Shown here: positions 40,084-49,651 of the stretch, in pieces
Numbering within the stretch: the first letter of the stretch is position 1
Layout: each line of letters begins with the position of its first letter
Origin: a virus
Lineage: Duplodnaviria; Caudoviricetes
Reading direction: 5' to 3' (one strand)
IMG/VR virus record: IMGVR_UViG_3300046777_001542
Coordinates: 1 to 58,989 of that record
DNA length: 58,989 nucleotides
The notes under the pieces: generated by a model
Told to the model about the DNA's origin: nothing
Seen by the model: only the letters and a program-made list of their open reading frames with translations
Database searches by the model: none
Position numbers and translations under genes: made by a program

Positions 40084-40308
40084 CTACCACTTTTTTAGTG
40101 GACATTCCGCATATTTTATTTTTGTTTTAGCTTTCATTACACAGCCACACTCTTTGCATTGTGTTGTAAGACTTATGAATCTTGGACACTCTTTGCATAT
40201 AGACAGTTTTGCAGCCGCTTCTTCATCAGAGACATATTCGGTTCTAGGATTTAATATATCCCATGGCCTTGTGTCTCCAAGCTTTTCTTTGTAGCTTTCC
40301 CATGTCAT
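40084..40308 (-). CDS. Small Cys-rich protein (DUF6171-like, probably metal-binding)
   Basis: CKEC...CKECGC...K......CPLKKW; coupled (TAATG) to the Hint-domain gene. Confidence 0.7.
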   Translation of the reverse strand: MTWESYKEKLGDTRPWDILNPRTEYVSDEEAAAKLSICKECPRFISLTTQCKECGCVMKAKTKIKYAECPLKKW

Positions 40309-43112
40309 TATGTAACATTTGCCTTTACGTTGTGAGTTAACATATTCTCTGTGAATAGTACATCTTGGTCTTCTGTATCAAATAGGTATACTGTTGCTGC
40401 TTCTTCAATTGTATCCTTTTGAATAACATCTACCCATGCTAGATTTTCAACAGAATCTCCAGTTCTCTTAAGCACCTTCCATCCAATTTGAATATCTCCA
40501 GCTACAGCAAATCTCTTTGTAGATCCATCATCAACCAAAATGTGGTGTTCTGATGTGTACTTATCTCCATTTATAACAATTAGTGTAGAAACATTTCTCA
40601 TGGCTCTGGCTGATGTCACAACTGTATTTAGCATTTCAACTGGAGTTAATGTATCTGCGCTCCATGCGTCTAGTGTGTATGCAGTTTCATCTGTAGTTAG
40701 CTCATTAAATCTTATTGAGTGTACTATATCTCCAACTATAATTTCTTCCGCTGGTACTGGACCATTAGGTGTAGATATTAATGTTGAAGCTGCTATACAG
40801 CCTCCGCCACCGCCACTAGCAAAGTATGGCGGGAAGAATGGTGGGAAGTGAGGTGGTGTAAACGCAAAGTATGGGTATCCGCTAAAGTATGGCGGGAAGA
40901 ATGGTGGGAAGTGAGGTGGGAAGAATGGTGGGAAGTGAGGTGGGAAGAATGGCGGGAAGAATGGTGGGAAGTGAGGTGGGAAGAATGGCGGGAAGAATGG
41001 TGGGAAGTGAGGTGGTGTAAACGCAACTGTTGCACATGCAGCATTAGCGGCGGCGGCAAGAGCGCCAGCTTCAGTTTCTCTATAAACTGTATATGTAGAT
41101 GTTCTTGAACCAGTAGAGAATGTATCTGTTGGCATTGTTGATGCAGTAAATGGGCCAGTTACTTGTGGTGAAGTAACATAATATCCATTTTGAACATCGC
41201 ATACAGAATATCCTCTATAATATGTGACTGTTGTTGGTTCAACATATCCACAATCTGCTGAATTCCATGTCCAATAAATTGTTGACTGATAAACTTTATC
41301 GCCATAGGTTGGTGATCCAGTACAATCTCTATAAATACCTTGAGCAATTCCATTTAAATAATATTCTTCTCTGTATCCATAAATTGGTCTTGACCAAGGC
41401 ATTTTTGTTGTTCCAGTACAATCATATCCATAATCAGTTCCGTTGTTATATTGAGTACATGCACCCCAAGTTGCTACTGGGGCTGGTGCTGAAGGATATA
41501 CGGTATTAGATGTTACTGGTCCTGCTGATCCAGCACTATTGCTTGCAGTAACTTTACATCTTAATCCTCTTCCATCTGCCCAAGAAGCAGTTGTTATAGA
41601 TGAATCACTACCAACATTTATCCAAACTGATCCTTGATCGTTATATTCCCAGTTATATGAGTAAGATGTAGGATTATTATTCCATGTTCCAACACTTGAA
41701 ACAGACCAACTTCTTTCAGATCCTGAAATTACAGGGTATCCTCCAGCCCATGTTGGTGCAATAACTGTAGGCGGCTTAACAACTGATTGAGCTGAGTTGC
41801 TGCTTGCTACTGGTGTGGTTAATGTTAAATCAGTTAATAAAAGCTGAACTGTACATGATATTGCTTTATTATCATAAGCGGTTGTATCGTAAAGATTAAT
41901 TGTATCTGATTCATATATGAATATATCGTCTATTGGTGAACCGTCTGCAAACCATTCATATATATATGAATATATTGATGAAGTATTTGTCCATGTTCCT
42001 GTTGTTGCAGAGAATGATCTGCCATCAGATGTTGATACTGATGGAGCTACTGTATTTACTGGCTTTGCCACAGCTGGATATGTAATTGTAAGTCCTGGTG
42101 TTGAGCTCCAAGATGTTTCATCAAATCTAGGTGCTGTTCCATTAACAGTTATAGTAAATGAACCATATGTTGTTCCGCCAATTCCAATTTGGTCAATATC
42201 ATAAGATGTTTGAGTTGGGCTATTTAATGTTGAGCTTGCATATACTTCTGATCCATTATATATTATCCATGATGTAGGCTGTATTAGGTTTAATGACCAA
42301 CTTAATCTTCCTCCCCAAGAGAAAGATTCCATAGTTGTTGTAACACTTGGCTTATTTGGCTTTAGGTCATTAACTGATCCGTTTTTACCATAACCAGTTA
42401 CTGTCATTCCGCTTACATTTGATGTATTTAATGGATTAAGCAATAATCCAATAGTCCCATCAGCATTGCCAGTATCAAATGTATATGTATTGACATCTCC
42501 TAAACGGTTTACTTCAGTAAATTGAACTTCTGGTCCTTGATATTGTAGGTAAAAATCATTTGCTCCAACTGGCTTAACCCAATCCAGTTTGACAACACCG
42601 TTTTCTACAACTGTAACAGTTAAGCTTGTTAATTTTTGTGGGGCTATAAGAGGAGTGGCTAATGTATAAACTGGCTCTTTAGTATCTCCATATTGATTTG
42701 TTGCAGTAACTTTACATCTTACAACATATCCAACATATTTAAGTGTTTTATTTGAATCCCACTCATCTTCATTTAAGAATAATGAATTTTCTGTCTTGCC
42801 AGGAATATCGGACCAGCTTAATGTAGAGAAAGAATGTGGAGCTTTTTGCCATTGATATTTATATGATGTCGGACTATTTTCCCATGTTCCAGTTGAAACA
42901 GATATAGTTTCCTGAGCTCCATACAAATAGTTGTCTGGCTGTAAAGATATAGTTGGAAGAACTGTATTCTTAGGAGTTAAATCATTTACTGGCTTCCAGG
43001 CAGTGCCATCCCAAATAAATACAGCCTTACTATCCTTCCATGTAGTACCGTCATATACCTTGATCTTTTTAAACGGATTCCATGAGGAATTGTTCCAAAT
43101 ATTTAGTGGCAT
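40308..43112 (-). CDS. Ig/FN3-repeat virion appendage protein with PPxF repeats and C-terminal Hint domain
   Basis: Three Ig-like repeats (GTW.N.PTSY.Y.W...C.VTA.N), a Cys-rich linker, about 14 PPxF units, then GGGGG and a Hint domain. Confidence 0.85.
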   Translation of the reverse strand: MPLNIWNNSSWNPFKKIKVYDGTTWKDSKAVFIWDGTAWKPVNDLTPKNTVLPTISLQPDNYLYGAQETISVSTGTWENSPTSYKYQWQKAPHSFSTLSWSDIPGKTENSLFLNEDEWDSNKTLKYVGYVVRCKVTATNQYGDTKEPVYTLATPLIAPQKLTSLTVTVVENGVVKLDWVKPVGANDFYLQYQGPEVQFTEVNRLGDVNTYTFDTGNADGTIGLLLNPLNTSNVSGMTVTGYGKNGSVNDLKPNKPSVTTTMESFSWGGRLSWSLNLIQPTSWIIYNGSEVYASSTLNSPTQTSYDIDQIGIGGTTYGSFTITVNGTAPRFDETSWSSTPGLTITYPAVAKPVNTVAPSVSTSDGRSFSATTGTWTNTSSIYSYIYEWFADGSPIDDIFIYESDTINLYDTTAYDNKAISCTVQLLLTDLTLTTPVASSNSAQSVVKPPTVIAPTWAGGYPVISGSERSWSVSSVGTWNNNPTSYSYNWEYNDQGSVWINVGSDSSITTASWADGRGLRCKVTASNSAGSAGPVTSNTVYPSAPAPVATWGACTQYNNGTDYGYDCTGTTKMPWSRPIYGYREEYYLNGIAQGIYRDCTGSPTYGDKVYQSTIYWTWNSADCGYVEPTTVTYYRGYSVCDVQNGYYVTSPQVTGPFTASTMPTDTFSTGSRTSTYTVYRETEAGALAAAANAACATVAFTPPHFPPFFPPFFPPHFPPFFPPFFPPHFPPFFPPHFPPFFPPYFSGYPYFAFTPPHFPPFFPPYFASGGGGGCIAASTLISTPNGPVPAEEIIVGDIVHSIRFNELTTDETAYTLDAWSADTLTPVEMLNTVVTSARAMRNVSTLIVINGDKYTSEHHILVDDGSTKRFAVAGDIQIGWKVLKRTGDSVENLAWVDVIQKDTIEEAATVYLFDTEDQDVLFTENMLTHNVKANVT
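40329..40799 (-). other. Hint (intein-like/BIL) auto-processing domain
   Basis: Block A CIAASTLISTPNG, block B TSEH, block F VYLFDTE, block G HN followed by Val; no endonuclease. Confidence 0.88.
40820..41025 (-). repeat. Second 12-bp tandem repeat array encoding PP(H/F/Y)F
   Basis: GGTGGGAAGAAT / GGTGGGAAGTGA units; shares the [15 protein letters not shown] cassette with the 33990-34330 array. Confidence 0.95.
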
Positions 43113-43121
43113 CTATATCTC

Positions 43122-45035
43122 CTAATACTGTATGTAAATATCTCCAGCTACGGGGCTCACTATAGAAGGTGTCTCTGATGTTCCGTATGCGATTTGATTT
43201 TGGCCACTTGTATTTGAAGAGTTCAAATATCCTGGTGTGTCAAAGGATGAACCTAATTGCTTATTAGTTCCATTAATTGTTATATAGTCATACTCTAAGT
43301 AAGATATTGGAAGCTTAGAGTTAACAACTCCATTTATTGCTGACAACTGGAATGAGTTATCAGGTACTATTGGTGCTGAATTAAATGTTACAGTGCCTGT
43401 GAATGTTGGTGCCTCTAGTGTGGCATATAAAGTCAGATCAAGAGTCTCCCATGTTGCAGATGTACCGTCTGTTTTTAAATACTTTCCAGAATTATTGACT
43501 TGCAAAGGAAGGGCATCTATTCCAGTTACAGTTGCTGTCGTAAAATCTACAGTACCTGTAAATATGGGATTTGATAGAGGTGCTTTAAGATCAAGTGCAG
43601 AAAGCATAGCTGTTGATACTGGCTTATCCATATCGGCAGTATTATCTACATTTGCAAGACCAACCATTGAGGCTGTTATACCAGAAACTGTTCCAGTAAA
43701 TGTAGGTGATTCAATTGGAGCTTTCAAAGCAACATTTGTTATTGTTTCATATGTTGTTTCTGCTGTGTGAGATGAAAGCTTTGTTCCAATCAATGTTGTT
43801 AAAGCATCAATTGCACTATCATCATTTCCTAATGCGGCAGATAGCTCGGCAATTGTGTTTAATGCCTCTGGAGCATTTCCAACTAGAGCTGCAACTGCAG
43901 CATCTGCATATTGTTTTGTAGCAATTGAGTCTGGTATTACTGACTCTAACAATTTAGTATTTGAGTCTAATCCAGCATATCCATTTTGCTGATTTCGGGT
44001 AGCGTCTAAGACATAATCACCCAAAGAGTTTTCTATAGTAGTAACATCTGTATTTGTGTCAGAGATCATATCCATTAAAAATATTCTTAGGTCATCATCT
44101 GCTGACTGAAGCGCAGCTACTCTATTATTAATTGTTGGAGTTAATGCAGTAATAGCTCTAGCATTAGTGAAGTAAAGATTTGTTCCCTCTGGAAGATTCG
44201 TGGTAGAAGTTATTATGCTTCCTCCGCTTCCAACTGGTATTGCATCTATAGCGGCCTGAATATCTGCAGCTACTGCATCTTTTGCTCTTTGATTTGTAAA
44301 ATATTTATTTGTGCCTTCTGGTATATCAGATGTTGTTAGCGCCATTATCTCTGATTCGATAGCAGTATTTCTATTTATTATCTCTGCGCTTATAGCTGTG
44401 CTTATGGCAGTATTTCTTGCCCCAATTTCAACATTGATTGCAGCTTCAATATCTTCTGCAATATCTGTAAGAGCTGCATTTACTTTGGAAGTTGCATCAT
44501 TTGATGCGGCTGAAATTGCCTGTGATTTAGCAGCAGCAATTTTAGACTCTGCATCAGATATTGCATTTGATTCAGCAATATTGGCTTTTGATGTTGCATC
44601 AATAGAAGCAGTATCTATTGCATTTTCTTCTGCTGCATTTGCTTTGGCTGTTGCGTCAGCTGCAGCTGTTGTAATTGCATTTGCAATTATTGATGCATTT
44701 GCTGTTATAGCTCTTGCATCCGTAAAGTATTTGTTTGTGCCTTCTGCAAGGCTAGTAGTTGTTAGAGCAGCTATTGCAGCAGCAACTTCACCAGAAACTG
44801 ATGTCTGATTTGGAAGCTGTGAGGTAGGAATTTTACCAGATGAGTCTAGTGTTGCTATACCGCTAGGTTCCCCTGGCTTAAATGCATAAGATGTAATTGC
44901 ATTCCATCTAGATCCGTTACCAATCTTAAATTTGTTTGTATCTGACTCTATTCCAATTTCTCCAGAAAGAAGAATTGGATTATTCAATACCCAGTTTGAT
45001 GCGGTATCTCTTCTAAGTAATATTCTGACTGCCAT
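43122..45035 (-). CDS. Tail fibre/appendage protein with Mtd-N-like domain
   Basis: ILLRRDTASNW...LLSGEIGIESDT.KFKIGNG; three EGTN(K/L)YFT repeats; C-terminal GDIYIQY. Confidence 0.75.
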   Translation of the reverse strand: MAVRILLRRDTASNWVLNNPILLSGEIGIESDTNKFKIGNGSRWNAITSYAFKPGEPSGIATLDSSGKIPTSQLPNQTSVSGEVAAAIAALTTTSLAEGTNKYFTDARAITANASIIANAITTAAADATAKANAAEENAIDTASIDATSKANIAESNAISDAESKIAAAKSQAISAASNDATSKVNAALTDIAEDIEAAINVEIGARNTAISTAISAEIINRNTAIESEIMALTTSDIPEGTNKYFTNQRAKDAVAADIQAAIDAIPVGSGGSIITSTTNLPEGTNLYFTNARAITALTPTINNRVAALQSADDDLRIFLMDMISDTNTDVTTIENSLGDYVLDATRNQQNGYAGLDSNTKLLESVIPDSIATKQYADAAVAALVGNAPEALNTIAELSAALGNDDSAIDALTTLIGTKLSSHTAETTYETITNVALKAPIESPTFTGTVSGITASMVGLANVDNTADMDKPVSTAMLSALDLKAPLSNPIFTGTVDFTTATVTGIDALPLQVNNSGKYLKTDGTSATWETLDLTLYATLEAPTFTGTVTFNSAPIVPDNSFQLSAINGVVNSKLPISYLEYDYITINGTNKQLGSSFDTPGYLNSSNTSGQNQIAYGTSETPSIVSPVAGDIYIQY

Positions 45036-45487
45036 TAGTTTGATGCTCCTCCGTCAAGGATATCTCCAACAAAATCTGTTGAATCTCCTCCTATAATTAA
45101 TACGTCTTCAGATTCACCCTCTGGGGAACCGCCATCAAATAATGTCAGAGTTTCCCAGCTTGGGTTTTCGTTAGATAATGAAGGAGTTCCACCTTCTACA
45201 CCAACAACTTCAGGCAATATAACTGCGGGAGATGCAATTTCATTATACTCTAAGAATGTTATTGGATTTTGTATATCAATAGTATGGACTTCACCATCAA
45301 ATGCGTGAGTGTGTCTATAGAATGGGGTAGGGTCTGTGCTTGGCGGGGTCAATTCAATCCAAACAGAACCATTATGTATTCTTAAATTCTTTGTAAGAAT
45401 ATTAAAGTATACATCGCCCTCTTTACCAGACGCTGGATCTACATCCATTGTCAATAAGTTAAGGGCTACCTTCATCTGTCTAGACAT
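45035..45487 (-). CDS. Virion structural protein
   Basis: GDVYFN...LRIHNGSVW knob motif; acidic DGG-rich C-terminus. Confidence 0.6.
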   Translation of the reverse strand: MSRQMKVALNLLTMDVDPASGKEGDVYFNILTKNLRIHNGSVWIELTPPSTDPTPFYRHTHAFDGEVHTIDIQNPITFLEYNEIASPAVILPEVVGVEGGTPSLSNENPSWETLTLFDGGSPEGESEDVLIIGGDSTDFVGDILDGGASN

Positions 45488-45488
45488 G

Positions 45489-46457
45489 CTATCCTACTAC
45501 CACTACCTTGAATTCACCAGCTGTTGGAGCAACTGCAAAATCTACCTTTACGTTATTATCATCGTGTAGCTTTATATCTGCTTCTACAAGTGATCCAGTT
45601 GCTGTATCAAATACTTGAACTGTAACCTCTGATGATCCTAACTTGTGATTAACTGTATACGATGTGGCTGACGTTGCAAGAGTAGTTACAAACTTTCTAG
45701 CAATGGCATGATAGTCTGTACCATTATTTGTCAGTGACCATTTATCTGTTGATTCATTCCATAGAATTTCAACATCTGCTTCATCTCCACGTTCAACAAG
45801 AATGCCAGCATTAGCTGTTGGGGCTCCTGTTGCATTGCTGTTTAATTTTACCTTATTATCTTCAATGTTAATCTGTGTTGTATTTACAGAATTAACAGTT
45901 CCAATAACATTCAGATTTCCGCCAACCTGCAAATTGCCAACAATTTCAACATCGTCTGGCAAGCCAATAGTTACTGCAGCATTTGAACCAGAATTAGGAG
46001 AGACATCAATCTGTCCCTCTGTTCCATTAATTGTTGCTACATAGTCTCCAGTTGTCTGTGTAGCTAAATTAATAACTATATCTGCATCACTTGCATCTGT
46101 AATTCTTCCTTGATTATCTACTGAGAAAGTTACAGTCTTTGATGTCGATCCATATGTACCAGCTGTAACATCTGTGTCGTCTAAATCAATTGTTGTTACG
46201 CCAGTTGAATCAGTATAGGTAGCTGTTAAACCTACTCCGCCTTCTACATACTGCCCAATAGCGTCTTGAATAACTTCTAGGGAACCAGATGTGGATATCC
46301 ACTGTGATCCATTCCAGAAGTACATAATGTTATCTTGTGAGTTGTAGTACAACTGACCAGATACAGGATTTGAAGGGGCTGCCCCTAAGTTTTGAATTCT
46401 AGCATTGAGTAACTCATTTTTGTTAAGATCAATACTAACTAAATATTTTTTTGCCAT
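45489..46457 (-). CDS. Fibre-like virion structural protein
   Basis: GQLYYNS...FWNGSQW, AGTYG...VDNQGRIT, C-terminal NHKLG domain. Confidence 0.65.
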   Translation of the reverse strand: MAKKYLVSIDLNKNELLNARIQNLGAAPSNPVSGQLYYNSQDNIMYFWNGSQWISTSGSLEVIQDAIGQYVEGGVGLTATYTDSTGVTTIDLDDTDVTAGTYGSTSKTVTFSVDNQGRITDASDADIVINLATQTTGDYVATINGTEGQIDVSPNSGSNAAVTIGLPDDVEIVGNLQVGGNLNVIGTVNSVNTTQINIEDNKVKLNSNATGAPTANAGILVERGDEADVEILWNESTDKWSLTNNGTDYHAIARKFVTTLATSATSYTVNHKLGSSEVTVQVFDTATGSLVEADIKLHDDNNVKVDFAVAPTAGEFKVVVVG

Positions 46458-46471
46458 TTGCTATCTCCCTT

Positions 46472-46912
46472 TTAGGACAGGTGCGCTGTCCCTGAAAATG
46501 GCTGTGCCATTGTCAATGTTATTTTATTAAAGCTGTTGTAATCTATTCCAACTTCCAGTATATCTCCTGCACTTGATTTTACAGTAACATTAGGATTATA
46601 TCCTAAATTATGAACTATCTCTACAGAATAAACACCATTAGTTGGTCCTTGGATTTGAGCAAGTTCCCAAGAGGTTGTTAGAGTTGAATTTGTTAGTATG
46701 ATGACTTTTGCATCTGCCCAAGATGAATCATTTGTCTTTGGGCCAATAAATCTATTTAATGTTACATCGTAGTAGAAATCTCCAGTTAACCCAAGATTGT
46801 TGGCAGGGTTTCCTGTTCCATTAAGGATTGTTCTACCTCTTGGTCCTTGAGGACCAGGTGTAGATATTATGAGATTATTTTTTTGTTCTTTAACTATTAC
46901 TTTGTCGACCAT
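46472..46912 (-). CDS. Virion structural protein
   Basis: GPQGPRG...G.TGDFYYD, C-terminal HNLGYNPNVTV domain. Confidence 0.65.
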   Translation of the reverse strand: MVDKVIVKEQKNNLIISTPGPQGPRGRTILNGTGNPANNLGLTGDFYYDVTLNRFIGPKTNDSSWADAKVIILTNSTLTTSWELAQIQGPTNGVYSVEIVHNLGYNPNVTVKSSAGDILEVGIDYNSFNKITLTMAQPFSGTAHLS

Positions 46913-47262
46913 TATATAGTTACCGACCTACTGAGAGTCATAAACCCCTCTAGGAGTTTAATTTTATTCCCATTAGTATCAATAACCATAATGTCATATG
47001 CAGACTTTGGATAAAAGAGTTTGTTGGTTTGTGTAGGCGTCATTTTTACATCTAATGTACCAGTTGGCCCATCAATTGTAATACCACCCGCTGGTGATGT
47101 AAGTGTGAAAGCTAATTTATTTCCACCCTGTGTATCACGAACTTGTAGTTTTGCCGAAGCGCCTGTCAGATCAATAGGTGTTACTTCATCGTCTTCAGTA
47201 TATTGTATCTGAAAGTTGAATGTAGCATTTTGATCTACTTCGAAATTCTTTTTTACTGCCAT
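46912..47262 (-). CDS. Baseplate/appendage adaptor-like Ig-fold protein
   Basis: DQNATF...PIDLTGASAKLQVR...YDI...LLEG pattern. Confidence 0.6.
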   Translation of the reverse strand: MAVKKNFEVDQNATFNFQIQYTEDDEVTPIDLTGASAKLQVRDTQGGNKLAFTLTSPAGGITIDGPTGTLDVKMTPTQTNKLFYPKSAYDIMVIDTNGNKIKLLEGFMTLSRSVTI

Positions 47263-47284
47263 TTGCCATAGTCTCCTAAATAGG

Positions 47285-47318
47285 AATACTCCTGTACCAA
47301 TTTTAGCACAGGAGTATT
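47285..47318. terminator. Inverted repeat after the holin, with an extended -10 (TGCTAAAAT, minus strand) in its loop
   Basis: AATACTCCTGT / ACAGGAGTATT arms. Confidence 0.55.
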
Positions 47319-47331
47319 TCTAATCGACTAA

Positions 47332-47571
47332 TTACTTAGCTGGAGCCTTAAAACCAAATTCTTGGTTGCTTGGGCTTAATGCCTTTAGAATAACTGGAGC
47401 AACTGCTGCAACTCCACCCATCAAAAGGTCTCTTGGATTTGTATTTCCAGTCATGTACAAAGCAATTGCTGCTGAAAGGAATGCTCTTGCATATGTTCCA
47501 AGCGCTGCTAAAATTTGTTCTGTCATTGTTACCTTTCCATCTTTATTTAAATCGGCTTTATCGTGTGCCAT
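47332..47571 (-). CDS. Putative holin
   Basis: 79 aa with two hydrophobic helices; YARAFLSAAIA...PVILKALSP...FG pattern of actinophage holins. Confidence 0.65.
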   Translation of the reverse strand: MAHDKADLNKDGKVTMTEQILAALGTYARAFLSAAIALYMTGNTNPRDLLMGGVAAVAPVILKALSPSNQEFGFKAPAK

Positions 47572-47639
47572 TTAATTATCTCCATTTCGGGGCGGGGTGC
47601 CCAGGAATTTTGGTTTTACCCAATACTATTATTATACTA

Positions 47640-49571
47640 CTAAGCAGATATATCCACAATCTCACAATTACCATCAGATGTGCATGCAAGAGTCTGTGTT
47701 CCGCTAGTTCCGTCTTCTGTCTCATAGAAAGATAAGTCTTCCCATCTAATGCTGGAAGGCATCTTTTCAACTAGAGCATCATATTCTTCTTTTGTGACCT
47801 CTTGATAAGGAGCCTGCTTATATGAATGGTCAGAATGAGGAAGGAATGAAATTCCAGATACTTCATCAAAGTGCTTATATACCCAAGCTCCTACTTCCAT
47901 CCATTCATGCTCTTTAACAGAAACAGTAATTGATGGCTTATGCTCACACCAAGCACGTTGGTAAACTAACCAGGTGTTAAGATGCTCAATAGCCGTAAGG
48001 TCATTTCTTGTGATTGCTCCCTCTGGTGCTTTTACTGGGAATGAGAAGACATATGTATCGTTTGGCTTCATAACATCGTCTTCAACAGGAATTCCAACTT
48101 CCTTTAAAAATGTTGATAGCGGATCTTTCTTGTCTCCACGAACTGTACGGATATAGTATGGTGAGTGCCATGCATGCATTCCAGATGAAACACCAACTAA
48201 TTGAGATACCGTTCCAGATGGCTTAACACAAGTAATAGCAGCAGATTCTTGAATACCAATACGTCCTGCTTCTTCTTTGTTAATCTCTCTTGCGTATTCA
48301 CGAAGTGATGTAAGAGTCTCTTCAAGTTTATTAATGTTTTCTTTTCCAGAGAAGAATTTGTTTCCAAACTGACCAGTTAAAGAAACGCCAAGCAGTCTTT
48401 CTTCTTCTGTGTTATCTTTCCAAATCTTTCTAAGATATTTAAAGTCTGTTAGTGTTGATTGCCATGTTCCAAGAATTGTAGCAAGGCGTACTTTTTCTGC
48501 AACAGTTGTAGGTGTATCCTTTTCACGTAGTACGACTTCTGAAAGATTACAAAACTGATAAGGACGGAGAATAATCTCTGAACATGGGTTCGTTCCATAA
48601 TGGATTTCAGGGTCTCTACGACCATATTTAGCTGCTTGCTTCTGCGCTGCAGCAACATTATAGATTCCACGTTCCCCAGACTTTGAGTCATAAAGAGATT
48701 TCCATTCTGCAATAAATTGCTCCATCTCTGGTTTGCGAGAATATGCAACAGAGTTATTTGACAATGCACGTTGTGAATTATTTTCCCACCAGTTGCCAGA
48801 TTTTGCCTGCGCCATTTCAATGTCATTAATATTTGAAAGAGAAATCATTGCTGACCTGCGGACACCGCCTACAACAACAACTTCACCAATCTTGCACATA
48901 ATATCATGAGCCTCAATAGGCTTTAGTTGACGTCCTGTTGCATTCTTAAACTTTGCAATAGTAAAATCAAAAAGATTTACTAGTGGTTGTGGACCAGATG
49001 ATCTTCCACCCATGGTCTTAAGTCTTGCTCCTGATGGGCGAACCTTTGAAACATCAATTGCTGGAATATGGCCTGTCCAAAGTAGTGCTAATAACTCACG
49101 ATATGCTTTAGCCCATCCTTGCTTTGAATCTTCTACAACAATAACTGTGTCTGACTTTTCTAATGTCTCTGGGACGGAAGGAAGCTTATTAACATACTTA
49201 TATTCAACTGAGAATCCTACTCCAGTACCACACATAAGAATATACATAGTCTCATCAAATGATCTTGGTGAATCAACTGGTACAAATGAACAGTTATATC
49301 CTGCAACATGATCTCTATCTAAAGCTGGTCCAGCTGTCATTACAGATCTCATTGAAGGCATAACATCTCTGTTATATACTGCTTCTCTTAATTGAGTAAC
49401 TGTCTTAGCATCTGGAACATAGTCCATAGTTTTGAGATGAGTCAGCATAAAGTCAAAATATCTATCTACAGTTTCACCCCATGTTTCACGACGATTATCT
49501 TCTTGTAACCATCTTGCATATCTTGACAATGCAATAAAGTTTTCATATGGGTTTTCAATAGTTCTTGACAT
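47640..49571 (-). CDS. nrdJ: Class II (adenosylcobalamin-dependent) ribonucleotide reductase
   Basis: YNCSF, GTGVGF, VVVGGVRRSA, TNPCSEI, FCNLSE, TCVKPSGT, C-terminal Cys pair; no beta-subunit gene nearby. Confidence 0.93.
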   Translation of the reverse strand: MSRTIENPYENFIALSRYARWLQEDNRRETWGETVDRYFDFMLTHLKTMDYVPDAKTVTQLREAVYNRDVMPSMRSVMTAGPALDRDHVAGYNCSFVPVDSPRSFDETMYILMCGTGVGFSVEYKYVNKLPSVPETLEKSDTVIVVEDSKQGWAKAYRELLALLWTGHIPAIDVSKVRPSGARLKTMGGRSSGPQPLVNLFDFTIAKFKNATGRQLKPIEAHDIMCKIGEVVVVGGVRRSAMISLSNINDIEMAQAKSGNWWENNSQRALSNNSVAYSRKPEMEQFIAEWKSLYDSKSGERGIYNVAAAQKQAAKYGRRDPEIHYGTNPCSEIILRPYQFCNLSEVVLREKDTPTTVAEKVRLATILGTWQSTLTDFKYLRKIWKDNTEEERLLGVSLTGQFGNKFFSGKENINKLEETLTSLREYAREINKEEAGRIGIQESAAITCVKPSGTVSQLVGVSSGMHAWHSPYYIRTVRGDKKDPLSTFLKEVGIPVEDDVMKPNDTYVFSFPVKAPEGAITRNDLTAIEHLNTWLVYQRAWCEHKPSITVSVKEHEWMEVGAWVYKHFDEVSGISFLPHSDHSYKQAPYQEVTKEEYDALVEKMPSSIRWEDLSFYETEDGTSGTQTLACTSDGNCEIVDISA

Positions 49572-49651
49572 ATACGACCTTTTCTCCGCCCTGCGGTGTA
49601 ATTTTTGTGTGAATGTCTAGTGTATCAAACTTTTTTTTATAGGTCTAGGGT

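Noticed and set aside
40329-40799. Canonical mobile intein
   Set aside because: The +1 residue is Val rather than Cys/Ser/Thr, the C-extein is only 6 aa and there is no homing endonuclease; treated as a BIL/Hedgehog-type Hint domain.
34020-41025. Diversity-generating retroelement TR/VR pair (Mtd-N-like domains nearby)
   Set aside because: Differences between the copies include C/T changes at silent positions and are not adenine-specific; both copies are coding; no reverse transcriptase in the window.
396-49311. Numerous short plus-strand ORFs in the ORF track
   Set aside because: Antisense shadows of long minus-strand genes, without RBS or recognisable motifs.
47640-49571. Intron or intein in the ribonucleotide reductase
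   Set aside because: The ORF is continuous, of normal compact length, with no Hint or endonuclease motifs.
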